NCBI GenBank assembly: GCA_963926475.1
Contig: CAWUXE010000001.1
Span: 24,820-88,819 of the forward strand
DNA: 64,000 nucleotides
Reading direction: 5' to 3'
DNA from: an uncultured Flavobacteriales bacterium
GTDB lineage: Bacteria > Bacteroidota > Bacteroidia > Flavobacteriales_D > Crocinitomicaceae
Part shown: piece after piece, positions 1 to 9,211 of the stretch
How the letters are laid out: every line of letters begins with the position of its first letter
Numbering within the stretch: the first letter of the stretch is position 1
The notes under the pieces: model-generated
The model's input: the letters and a program-made list of their open reading frames with translations, nothing else
The model's database searches: none
Told to the model about the DNA's origin: nothing
Translations under genes and position numbers: made by a program

Positions 1-733
1 GGCTGTCCTGAATTGGTCTGCCGGCAAATCTGAATTGTATTTCGATACGCCTTTTTATCAGGGTGAACAGAAAATTCCGATCAACGGTTTGGTTTGGATG
101 GGTTCGCCTGATTTCATGAAAAATCAGATGGCGGATAAGGTTGAACTAGGCTTCAATTGTATCAAAATGAAAGTGGGTGCTATAAATTTTGAAAGTGAAA
201 TAGAGCTGCTTTCATCAATTCGGAACGCGCATCCAAAAGATAAAATGATTTTACGCGTGGATGCCAATGGAGCTTTCACCAAGGAGAATGTTCACGAAAG
301 ACTTACGAAACTGGCGCAATTGGATTTACATTCTATCGAACAACCTATTGCTCCTAATCAGCATGAATCAATGGCTGACCTTTGCCTCGAAAACATTCTA
401 CCTATTGCTTTGGACGAAGAATTAATCGGTATTCATTCTAAGGAGGATAAAATAAAATTGCTAGACAATATCAAACCACAATACATTATTCTAAAACCAT
501 CTTTGCACGGAGGAATCCTCGGTTCTAAAGAATGGATTGAATTAGCCAAAGAACGCAACATTGACTGGTGGATGACCTCAGCATTGGAATCGAACCTGGG
601 CTTGGCATGCATTGCGCAATTTACATCGAAGTTCCCAATAGACAAACATCATGGTTTGGGGACAGGGAGTTTGTATTTAAACAATACGGAATCTCGACTA
701 AAAGTTGAGAGTGGGGAGATCTTGTTTAAGTAG
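1..733 (+). CDS. menC: o-succinylbenzoate synthase-like enolase-superfamily enzyme (5' end outside window)
   Basis: Frame is open from base 2, upstream of the listed ORF start. Motifs KMKVG, LRVDANGAF, SIEQP and LDEEL are typical of the MR/MLE enolase superfamily, OSBS-like. Confidence 0.6.
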   Translation, partial: AVLNWSAGKSELYFDTPFYQGEQKIPINGLVWMGSPDFMKNQMADKVELGFNCIKMKVGAINFESEIELLSSIRNAHPKDKMILRVDANGAFTKENVHERLTKLAQLDLHSIEQPIAPNQHESMADLCLENILPIALDEELIGIHSKEDKIKLLDNIKPQYIILKPSLHGGILGSKEWIELAKERNIDWWMTSALESNLGLACIAQFTSKFPIDKHHGLGTGSLYLNNTESRLKVESGEILFK

Positions 734-873
734 AATCGATTCTTTAAATGCTTGGGGAGAGACCTCCCTCTGTTCCTCCCTGTCTGCCGAAGAGGCAGAC
801 TTGCATGAGGGATGTTCAAATCTCGCTTCGTTATTTTGGATTAAACTCTTTTAATGTTCACCTACTAGCTATT

Positions 874-892
874 TCCCTCCAATATGGAGGGA
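874..892. repeat. Palindromic hairpin repeat TCCCTCC-aatat-GGAGGGA (copy 1 of 3)
   Basis: Perfect 7-bp stems read directly. Same stem sequence as 31123-31142 and 33439-33458. Lies between convergent genes. Confidence 0.6.
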
Positions 893-952
893 TTAAGGGA
901 GGTGTATCGCCGATAAATTGTTCTCCGAAATCTAACTTCAAATCAAAACAAC

Positions 953-3325
953 CTACTTCATCAACACCAACTTCTTAGGCGAAGCCATTTGTCCATTTGC
1001 CGTCTGAAGAACCAAAGTGTAAATCCCGTTCGCCAAATTATCCGTTTTCACGATGTATTCGCTTGCATTGTTTGAAATCAACTCAGAAGAAACTACTTTA
1101 CCATTGGCATCCAATAATTGGTAAGAACTTCCCATTAAATTTTCACTTGAACTTATCACAAAATCACCTTGTGATGGATTCGGATACAAGGTGAAATACA
1201 ATTGATGTTCATCTAAACCAACGCCTGAAGTACCCTTGTGAATAGTGAAATCATCGAAGTAGAAGCCATCTTGGCGAACTCCACCGTCTGCTTCTAAGAT
1301 AAAGCGAACTTTAATCGTTTCACCCAAATAATCTGATAACGAAATATCTTCGCGAACCCAGTTCTTCGTTCCTTCCCATACTGGTTTGCCATTCGGCTGA
1401 ACAGAACCGTTTGCGCTAGTTCCTGCCACGGTGTACAATCCACATTGACCAATCCATGTGCTGCCGTTATCGATAGAAACTTGAAATTGACAATAATCAT
1501 AATCTGATTCTATTTCCCATTTCGCGAAGAAGGAAACATCGGCATAATTGGCGTTTGTCAAATCAATTGGCGTCGCATATTCAAATGTTCGAGAAGAATT
1601 ATTCGTATAATTGACAGGATTACTCCCACTTTCAGAATCACTATACGCCTTGCTTGCCGAATAGGTTGTATGCGTTTCTGTCGTCCATGGTCCATTCCAT
1701 TGTCCTGCTGTGCTTGCATCGTCGAAAATAAAAACAGGATACGTTCCAAACAATTTTACTATCGTATCTCTATGTGTCCAAGTCGGATATACCGTTTCGA
1801 GGACATATTTAATGGTGTCATTTATCGCAATCCCAGCAGACAAAGTATAGGCAAAAGTTCCAGTTTGTGGTGTAATTTGAGCCAAATTATAATTCAGAGC
1901 ACCTCCAATTGTCGCTATATTTTGCAATGGTTGAATTTGGACAATTACATTACCAGTATCCATTCCGATTCTTTCCGCCAAATGATTGAAGTTTCCAGTC
2001 GAATTGGCCAATCTCTCTGGATCCTGATCTTCCACAATCAAATAAAGATGAGCAATATGCGCCAACATTAAATTTGGGAAAACCATGTTTTTCGAGTTTG
2101 GAATTATTTGACTCGATGCAGGCCAAAATCCACCTGTACCACCAATTTCTGGAGTCATAGCAAAAATTCTCGGCTTGTTTGATAAATCATCGTTGTACAT
2201 ATAATCATCAGAATCCCCTGAAGCTGGATATAAACCAGACGACTTCATGTTATTGTAACCGTTGTACTGAACCATGTATCCTGTAAATCGATCGAAATAA
2301 TTATGATGAACGGCAAATTCGTTCGAAGTCGTCCCAATCGGAAACAACAACAAATCGCCATAGGTATGTGCATTGAAAGCTAATTTGAAATCGTGATTTT
2401 CACAAAACCAACGCATGGCTTGCGTTTCCGCTTCTGAAAACGCACTAGTTCCTGGATAGGTATCGTTATTCGGGTCAAAACTAATTCCCGTTGTCCCCCA
2501 ACCGTAAGAATAATTTCTATTCAAATCCACACCCTTGTTTGAGGTACCCACATTTCGTCGGTTTTTTCTGTGCATTCCACCACCATTCGGATCTGTAAGC
2601 TCATTGTAGATATATCCATCTGGATTTAAACAAGGTACAAAATACATTTCCGTATTGTTCAATAAGTGCTGAATTTCTTCGGAACCGGCATAATTCTCCA
2701 ACAAATACCACATATAAAAAATGGTTGCCGACATTGAATTTGGTTCACGCGCATGGTGGACTGCAGAGTACATCACTTCTTTCTCACTGTTTTCATCAAT
2801 GTTTGGGTTGTCAGACATTCGAACCCAATAAATAACCGAATCGTTGATGGTGTGAAAAGTATCGATGGCAGATCTTTGGTTGATTAAATTCGGATAAAGA
2901 GCGTGCATAGCATCCAAATTATCTAGCATTTCTTGATAGGTTAAAAATCCAGCGTAAGTACCCAATTGAAAATTTGACGGGACAACTGGATCAAATCCAC
3001 CGCCACCTCCTGAATTAGGCAGACACGTTTCATTCTTCGTCGGCACAAAATCTAATTTGTTTTGCTCTACATAGTACTTTTTAACGTCGGCAATTAAAAT
3101 CTCAATAGTAAAACCTTCCGTTCTCATAGTAACAATTTCCTCTTTCGAAAAATCCGAAATGAAAAAATACCCTGGTTTATGCGTTCCATGATCTACTGCC
3201 AAACCCAGTGCAGACAAACGTTTCAATCCTTCTTCATCTGTATTAATTTTCACACGAGAATAGTCTTGTGCACTTAAAACGGATATAAAAAGAAGGGGAA
3301 CTAGAGTCAGAAATACGTTTTTCAT
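953..3325 (-). CDS. M14-family zinc carboxypeptidase with T9SS type-A C-terminal sorting domain
   Basis: Signal peptide MKNVFLTLVPLLFISVLSAQ. HHAREPNS and NRN..Y motifs of M14 peptidases. C-terminus YPNPSQGDFVISS...NGIYTLVLQT...KLVLMK matches the T9SS CTD pattern. Confidence 0.85.
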   Translation of the reverse strand: MKNVFLTLVPLLFISVLSAQDYSRVKINTDEEGLKRLSALGLAVDHGTHKPGYFFISDFSKEEIVTMRTEGFTIEILIADVKKYYVEQNKLDFVPTKNETCLPNSGGGGGFDPVVPSNFQLGTYAGFLTYQEMLDNLDAMHALYPNLINQRSAIDTFHTINDSVIYWVRMSDNPNIDENSEKEVMYSAVHHAREPNSMSATIFYMWYLLENYAGSEEIQHLLNNTEMYFVPCLNPDGYIYNELTDPNGGGMHRKNRRNVGTSNKGVDLNRNYSYGWGTTGISFDPNNDTYPGTSAFSEAETQAMRWFCENHDFKLAFNAHTYGDLLLFPIGTTSNEFAVHHNYFDRFTGYMVQYNGYNNMKSSGLYPASGDSDDYMYNDDLSNKPRIFAMTPEIGGTGGFWPASSQIIPNSKNMVFPNLMLAHIAHLYLIVEDQDPERLANSTGNFNHLAERIGMDTGNVIVQIQPLQNIATIGGALNYNLAQITPQTGTFAYTLSAGIAINDTIKYVLETVYPTWTHRDTIVKLFGTYPVFIFDDASTAGQWNGPWTTETHTTYSASKAYSDSESGSNPVNYTNNSSRTFEYATPIDLTNANYADVSFFAKWEIESDYDYCQFQVSIDNGSTWIGQCGLYTVAGTSANGSVQPNGKPVWEGTKNWVREDISLSDYLGETIKVRFILEADGGVRQDGFYFDDFTIHKGTSGVGLDEHQLYFTLYPNPSQGDFVISSSENLMGSSYQLLDANGKVVSSELISNNASEYIVKTDNLANGIYTLVLQTANGQMASPKKLVLMK

Positions 3326-3473
3326 TGGTTATAATATAGATATTTATCTAACAAAGTAACGAAATTATAAAGGAAAATAAAATTCAGTATTCACTCTTTT
3401 CTTGGAATCGAATTTTATCACTTTCTCTGCTATAAGAATTGTTAAGAAAAACAGCATGTGCTCTGCTTTTTAT

Positions 3474-3481
3474 TAAATTTG
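3474..3481 (+). promoter_or_regulatory. Bacteroidota-type -7 promoter box TAAATTTG upstream of sppA
   Basis: Matches the TAnnTTTG consensus 19 nt upstream of the ATG at 3500. Confidence 0.4.
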
Positions 3482-3499
3482 GTTATCAAAACAATAATC

Positions 3500-5299
3500 A
3501 TGAGAAGTAAAGTTGGATTCGGAAATATCTTTTGGCCTAGTTTATTAGCTGCCTTAATTGTATCAATAATTGGTGTAATCATATGGTTAATAGCCGTCTT
3601 TGGAATAATTGGAAGTTTCTCATCCGTGGTTGAATCTACTGGTGTTTCAGCACCTAAAAACGCTGTGCTTCATATGAAATTGGACAAACCAATCGCTGAA
3701 AGAACGAGTGCTCAATTCAATCCAGGTTCCTTGAGTTTCGATAATCAAATTGGGTTGGCAGACATTCTTGAGGCATTGAAAATGGCTGAAAAGGACGAAA
3801 ACATCAAAGGTCTTTATCTTGAATTGGAAGGTTTACAGTGCAACTTCGTGACGGCAAAAGAAATCCGAAAAGCGATTAATCGTTTTGAAAAATCTGGAAA
3901 ATGGACCTTGGCCTACAACTCGGGCGAAGTCACTACCTTGAAAGAATATTACATTTCTTCTGCAGCGAGTAAGGTTTATGGTTTCCCAGCTAGCAATTTC
4001 GAAATGCTCGGGTTGGCCAGTGAAGTAGCGTTTTTCAAAGGGACACTGGATAAATTAGATCTTGAGCTTCAAGTGATTCGGGGAAGAGATAACGATTTCA
4101 AAAGTGCGATGGAGCCATTTTTCCTAGATAAAATAAGTGATTCTAGCCGTTTACAATTGAACACGTATATCCAAACAATTTGGGATGACGTTATTGGTGA
4201 TATTTCGAAAGCTCGAAACATTTCGACGGATAAAATCAATACAATTGCTGATGACATGTTGGCGGTGAATACGGAAGATGCCGTGAAGCATAACTTGATG
4301 GATGGCGTAAAATACCGAGACGAAATGATGAAAATGATTACCTCTAAATTGGGAAAAAAAGCAGATGATAAAATTGCGATGGTCAATTTTGAAAAATATT
4401 CTGTGAAAAATGTAAAGCGTGATTTAATCGCAAAAGGTTCAAACGGAAACATTGCCCTGATTTTAGCAGAAGGTGGTATTTCTGTTGATGGTAATGAAAT
4501 GACGTCGAAAGATATTTGCAAACAAGTGAAAGCAGCCCGTGAAAATGACAATGTGAAAATCGTTGTCTTGCGCATCAATAGTGGCGGTGGAAGTGCAATT
4601 GCAAGCGAGCAAATGTGGCGTGAAATTGATTTGACCAACAAGAAAAAGAAAGTCATTGTATCAATGGGAGACGTGGCTGCTTCAGGTGGATATTACATGG
4701 CAGCGCCAGCATACAAGATTTTTGCAGAACCTACGACTATAACGGGTTCAATTGGAGTTTTTGGCGCAATTCCGTATACCGCAGACATGTTTAAAAACAA
4801 ACTGGGCATGAGCTTCGATTATGTTTCAACCAACAAACACGAAGCCTTGAGTTCGAATAGAAGACTGACTCCTGAGGAGGTGGCGATGGTGCAAGATCAA
4901 ATTGATGATATTTACGAGACCTTTTTAAGTCGCGTTGCAGCTGGACGTAATATGACTAAAGAACAAGTAAATGTCATTGCTCGCGGGCGTGTTTGGGCTG
5001 GAAAAGATGCTAAGAAAATTGGACTAGTGGACGAACTAGGAGGATTGGAAGAAGCGATTAATTACGCTGCGAAAACGGCAGGAATTTCCAAAGGTGATAT
5101 AAACGTAATTTATTATCCGTTGCGAAAAGAGGACAAATGGGAAGCCATCGCAGAAATGATTGAAGAAAGTCAAAATAAAGCTATGATTAAAACAGAAAAA
5201 ATGCCAGCTTTGTTTATCAATGCTTTAGATCAATGGAAAAAAGTGGAAGCTATGTCCGGAATTCAAATGCGTTTACCATACGAATTGACAATAAAATAA
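3500..5299 (+). CDS. sppA: Signal peptide peptidase SppA, 67K (two-domain) type
   Basis: N-terminal TM segment. Duplicated ClpP-like domains with SGGGSAIASE and GDVAASGGYY motifs. ATG at 3500 preferred over the upstream GTG because of promoter box position. Confidence 0.9.
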   Translation: MRSKVGFGNIFWPSLLAALIVSIIGVIIWLIAVFGIIGSFSSVVESTGVSAPKNAVLHMKLDKPIAERTSAQFNPGSLSFDNQIGLADILEALKMAEKDENIKGLYLELEGLQCNFVTAKEIRKAINRFEKSGKWTLAYNSGEVTTLKEYYISSAASKVYGFPASNFEMLGLASEVAFFKGTLDKLDLELQVIRGRDNDFKSAMEPFFLDKISDSSRLQLNTYIQTIWDDVIGDISKARNISTDKINTIADDMLAVNTEDAVKHNLMDGVKYRDEMMKMITSKLGKKADDKIAMVNFEKYSVKNVKRDLIAKGSNGNIALILAEGGISVDGNEMTSKDICKQVKAARENDNVKIVVLRINSGGGSAIASEQMWREIDLTNKKKKVIVSMGDVAASGGYYMAAPAYKIFAEPTTITGSIGVFGAIPYTADMFKNKLGMSFDYVSTNKHEALSSNRRLTPEEVAMVQDQIDDIYETFLSRVAAGRNMTKEQVNVIARGRVWAGKDAKKIGLVDELGGLEEAINYAAKTAGISKGDINVIYYPLRKEDKWEAIAEMIEESQNKAMIKTEKMPALFINALDQWKKVEAMSGIQMRLPYELTIK

Positions 5300-5655
5300 T
5301 CTGCTAATGAAGAATCTTTTTGTCTTTGGAAGTATAGTCTTGGCTTTACTTTCATGTAAGAAAGATGGTGTGTTGCCGCTCAGCGATATGGAAGAATAAG
5401 TTTACAGTAAAAGTGAAATGACCCACGATTTTCTAATTGCGTGCGCCTCTGGATCCATCACAACGTTTATGCGAAATTTAATCTTACCCATATCTATTTT
5501 TTACTTTGTTGAACTCGGTGCGGAAAATATTCATTTGTTATCAACTTCAAAAGATGTTTCAGACCTAAAAAATTGGCGAAATTATAGCATATGGAGTTGA
5601 TGCGGACAATTGGGTGCGGTGTTTTTTTTGGGAAAAAGCCTTTGTGACGAACTAA

Positions 5656-7407
5656 TTAAATCCTGCTCTGAACCGTATACAAAGCATAATATCTTCCTTG
5701 CTTGGCAATTAACTCATCGTGTTTCCCAGTCTCCACTATTTTCCCTTGTTCGATCACTAAAATCTGATCTGCTTTTTGAATGGTACTCAAACGGTGAGCG
5801 ATTACAAAAGTGGTTCTATCTTTGATTAAAGTCTGCAAACTGCGTTGGATGTACGATTCACTTTCTGTATCCAAATTAGAAGTCGCTTCGTCCAAAATAA
5901 TAATTCGTGGGTTCGCTAAAATTGCTCGGGCAATACTGATGCGTTGTTTCTGACCTCCAGATAATTTCACGCCTCTTTCGCCGATTACAGTTTCTAATCC
6001 GTCGTCGAAACGATCCGTGAATTCATTCACATACGCTCCATTCACAGCGCTCGTCAATTCTTCTTCCGTCGCATTTGGACGTGGAAATAAAATATTCTCG
6101 CGTATCGTTCCTTCAAACAAGAAATCGTCTTGCAATACGACTCCCAATTTATTTCTGAACGTGCTCAATTTTACTTTAGACAAATCGTGCCCATCCAACG
6201 TCACTATTCCGCTATCTGGCTCTAAGAAAGTGGCTGCTAATCCAGCTATCGTTGATTTTCCTGAACCTGACGAACCAACCAAAGCTGTTACACTTCCCGC
6301 TTTTGCTTCGAAGGAAATGCCATGTAGCACTTCTTTTTCATCTTCATAAGCGAAACGGACATCGTTGAAAATAACTTCTCCATCTATGTTGTCCAATTCT
6401 ATCGTTCTCACTTCCGGATCGTCTTCTTCTTTCATTTCCATCAATTCCTGCGTACGGTCCAAACCTGCCATCGCTTCCGTCAATTGACTTCCGATGTTGC
6501 TCATTTGAACAATCGGTGCTACCAAAAAACCGAGCAATAAGGTAAAGGCTAAGAAATCACCTGTGGTCATGGTACCGCCAATCATAAAATAACCTCCTAT
6601 GCCCATAATTCCTGCCGAAGCTATTCCCAATAAAAGTGTTGCTGAACTCGACATGGCAGCTGTTGCGGTTAAACTTTTCTTCACATTTTGGAACAACCGC
6701 TCTACTCCTCTTTCGAAACTTAAATTTTCTGATTCTTCTGCATTGAAAGCTTTAATTACACGCACTCCGCCCAAAGTTTCGGTCAAACGTCCTGTAACTT
6801 CAGCATTGATTTTACCCCTTTCACGAAATACAGGTCGGATATATCCAAAGGCTTTTAACGCGACTATTGCAAAAATAGCGACAGGTAAAAGAACAAAAAG
6901 CGTCATCCAGGCATTGATATTGATCAACATGATCAAGGCGACAACTGAAGTCAACGTTCCACCCACCAATTGGACCAAACCTGTTCCCACCAAATTTCGA
7001 ACACCTTCCACATCTACCATGACACGCGAAACCAAGGCTCCCGATTTGTTGTCATCAAAAAAGCGAATGGGTAAGGCCAATAATTTACGCTGAACTTGGG
7101 TACGAAGTATGGAAATCAACCTTTGTGCTTCGACACTCAATAATCGGGTTAATGAAAAAGACGTAACAGCTTGTATAACTATGGCAGCAACCGTGATAAT
7201 TACCAAGGTGCCTAATAAATCACCATTTTTATTTGGGATAACATCGTCCAAAAGTGCTTTGGAGGTGAACGGCAAGACAAGTCCCGAAAAACTTCGAATG
7301 ACGATTAAAAACAATCCGATTCCAACTAGTTTCTTTCTTGGCCAAATGTATTCTTTGAACGCCCATTTGAAACTTACATCCGTTATTCTTTCCTTCTTTT
7401 TACCCAT
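5656..7407 (-). CDS. ABC transporter, fused permease/ATP-binding protein (MsbA/multidrug exporter-like)
   Basis: Six-TM N-terminal half. Walker A GSSGSGKST, signature LSGGQKQR, Walker B IIILDEATS. Confidence 0.9.
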   Translation of the reverse strand: MGKKKERITDVSFKWAFKEYIWPRKKLVGIGLFLIVIRSFSGLVLPFTSKALLDDVIPNKNGDLLGTLVIITVAAIVIQAVTSFSLTRLLSVEAQRLISILRTQVQRKLLALPIRFFDDNKSGALVSRVMVDVEGVRNLVGTGLVQLVGGTLTSVVALIMLININAWMTLFVLLPVAIFAIVALKAFGYIRPVFRERGKINAEVTGRLTETLGGVRVIKAFNAEESENLSFERGVERLFQNVKKSLTATAAMSSSATLLLGIASAGIMGIGGYFMIGGTMTTGDFLAFTLLLGFLVAPIVQMSNIGSQLTEAMAGLDRTQELMEMKEEDDPEVRTIELDNIDGEVIFNDVRFAYEDEKEVLHGISFEAKAGSVTALVGSSGSGKSTIAGLAATFLEPDSGIVTLDGHDLSKVKLSTFRNKLGVVLQDDFLFEGTIRENILFPRPNATEEELTSAVNGAYVNEFTDRFDDGLETVIGERGVKLSGGQKQRISIARAILANPRIIILDEATSNLDTESESYIQRSLQTLIKDRTTFVIAHRLSTIQKADQILVIEQGKIVETGKHDELIAKQGRYYALYTVQSRI

Positions 7408-7480
7408 GCGGGAGTGTAGACGAAAATTGAGCCAAAAAAAACAATGTGACGTTTTGGCAGAGAAAGATGAGTATGGTGGG

Positions 7481-7582
7481 TTTCACGCAAAGAGCGCAAA
7501 GGTCTGTGCAAAGCTCGCTAAGAAATCATTTTACGCAACCTTCGCGGTCTTTGCGAAAAAAAAATGCGCCCTTTGCGTGAAA
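7481..7582. repeat. Structured intergenic element: 18-bp inverted repeat (17/18 match) enclosing GCAAAG/CTTTGC-rich spacer
   Basis: tttcacgcaaagagcgca (7481-7498) against tgcgccctttgcgtgaaa (7565-7582). The reverse complement matches with one mismatch. Confidence 0.55.
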
Positions 7583-7585
7583 AAA

Positions 7586-8002
7586 TTACTTCGCAAGCAC
7601 AACAGCCCCATCCTCTTCGGTAATAGTGAACTTCCAAAACGAAAAATCTTCCGTTTCAGTTGGTTTTGTTGCACAGACATACGATTACTTTATTTCGTTC
7701 ACAACAAACTCAACAGTCTCATATTCAATTCGATATATTCCTTTTATTTTGACTCTGCATTCGTTTCCCCACCAACCATGATTATACGAACGAAATGAAC
7801 CATCTGCATTTAATGCGATAAAAAGTCCTCAAGGATTATCCTTCTCCGGTATGGACAATTCAATTTTCAAATTGTCGTCATTTCCATATGTTTTCTGACC
7901 GATTAATACAATCGTTTTAAAAGTCTTACCTACCAACTCGCTTTGTGCATTGCTATTGAAACAAGAGAAAAATAAAAGAAGTAAAATGAGTAGATTATTC
8001 AT
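7586..8002 (-). pseudogene. Small secreted protein gene interrupted by two in-frame stops (TGA, TAA)
   Basis: Signal peptide MNNLLILLLLFFSCFNSNAQ. The same frame stays coding-like past TGA (7829-7831) and TAA (7685-7687) to the final TAA at 7586-7588. Confidence 0.45.
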
Positions 8003-8108
8003 GGTTTTTCTTTTCTGTACAATCGATCTAACCTTACGTTCATTTTTCAATCTTCATTTACTTTCATTCTAGATTACGAAATCATGTTTTTGGCAACCTT
8101 AAAAATCG

Positions 8109-8116
8109 TAAATTTG
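8109..8116 (+). promoter_or_regulatory. -7 promoter box TAAATTTG
   Basis: TAnnTTTG match 23 nt upstream of the ATG at 8139. Confidence 0.4.
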
Positions 8117-8138
8117 CCCCCAAAATTGGCTTTATCTC

Positions 8139-9206
8139 ATGACACCAAAATTTCATTCTTTAAAAATCAAAGAGGTAATTAAGGAAACCGAAGATTGTGT
8201 TTCAATTGCGTTTGATGTTCCAGACAACTTAAAATCTGACTATTCATACGTTTCAGGACAATATTTGACCTTGAAAGCAATGATCAATGATGAAGATATT
8301 CGTCGTTCTTATTCACTTTGCTCTTCTCCGTTCGAAAATGAATGGAAAGTGGCCGTAAAAGAAGTGGAAAAAGGAAAATTTTCTACCTATGCCAATCGTG
8401 AATTGAAGGCTGGAGACGAATTAGAGGTGATGACACCCATGGGGAATTTTCAAGTGAAGACGGAGGCTGAAAATGCAAAATCATATGCCTTGTTTGCTGC
8501 TGGATCTGGAATTACGCCTGTTCTCTCTATCATGAAAACTATTCTGAAAGAGGAACCCAATAGTGTAGTTAGCCTTTTTTATGGAAATAAAAATACAGGC
8601 AGCATCGTTTTTAGGGAAGAAATAGAATCACTTAAAAACATGCACTTGGGCGATTTACGCATCACGCACATTTTGTCTAGAGAAAGTTTGGGAAACAAGA
8701 TTCAAAAAGGAAGAATCGACGAAGAAAAATGCGCATTATTGTACGATGCTTTTTTGGCGCACGAAGGTGTTGATGAAGCTTTTCTTTGTGGACCAGAATC
8801 GATGATTTTCGCTGCGAAAAAAGCACTCGAATCGAAAAGTGTGCCATCTGAAAATATTCATTTTGAATTGTTTACCACGGAAGGTCACGAGCCATCTCCT
8901 GCATCGAAAGAAGCGGCATTGCATGATGTGGAATCAAACGTAATTGTGATTTTAGATGGTGATGAATTTCCTGTTAATCTGCAACCTGGACAAACCATTT
9001 TGGACGCCTCGCACGAAGCTGGGGCGGATTTGCCATTTGCTTGTAAAGGTGGGGTTTGTTGTACTTGTAAAGCAAAAATAATTGAAGGAAGTGCTCGTAT
9101 GGATATGAATTTTGCTCTCGACGAACAAGAAGTAGCTGACGGATTTATATTAACTTGTCAAGCTCACCCTACTAGCGATAAAATAATAGTATCATTTGAC
9201 GAATAA
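8139..9206 (+). CDS. Ferredoxin-NAD(P) reductase with C-terminal plant-type 2Fe-2S domain (PaaE/PaaK-like), paralog 1
   Basis: RRSYSLCS (FAD RxYS), GSGITP (NAD), CKGGVCCTCK...C cluster motif. 355 aa. Confidence 0.85.
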   Translation: MTPKFHSLKIKEVIKETEDCVSIAFDVPDNLKSDYSYVSGQYLTLKAMINDEDIRRSYSLCSSPFENEWKVAVKEVEKGKFSTYANRELKAGDELEVMTPMGNFQVKTEAENAKSYALFAAGSGITPVLSIMKTILKEEPNSVVSLFYGNKNTGSIVFREEIESLKNMHLGDLRITHILSRESLGNKIQKGRIDEEKCALLYDAFLAHEGVDEAFLCGPESMIFAAKKALESKSVPSENIHFELFTTEGHEPSPASKEAALHDVESNVIVILDGDEFPVNLQPGQTILDASHEAGADLPFACKGGVCCTCKAKIIEGSARMDMNFALDEQEVADGFILTCQAHPTSDKIIVSFDE

Positions 9207-9211
9207 GAATT

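Noticed and set aside
748-978. 76-aa ORF in the gap between the OSBS-like and M14 peptidase genes
   Set aside because: Its sequence is dictated by CCTCCC/GGGAGG repeats and hairpins, and its end overlaps the convergent peptidase gene. It was treated as a repeat element, not a gene.
4069-4656. 195-aa antisense ORF inside sppA, and similar long antisense ORFs (6017-6349, 6599-7093, 17014-17421, 46744-47226, 62047-62391 and others)
   Set aside because: All lie fully inside well-supported genes on the opposite strand and have skewed, low-complexity composition typical of shadow ORFs.
5307-5399. 30-codon ORF MKNLFVFGSIVLALLSCKKDGVLPLSDMEE with a lipoprotein-type signal peptide
   Set aside because: Only about 13 residues would remain after the lipobox Cys. 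It is too short to support as a gene and is possibly a stub of a lost lipoprotein gene. It is mentioned only under the pseudogene-load finding.
7109-7798. 229-aa plus-strand ORF
   Set aside because: It is mostly antisense to the N-terminal half of the ABC exporter gene. It then runs through the GCAAAG-rich repeat and the antisense of the decayed secreted-protein gene. It has low-complexity composition and no signal of a real protein.
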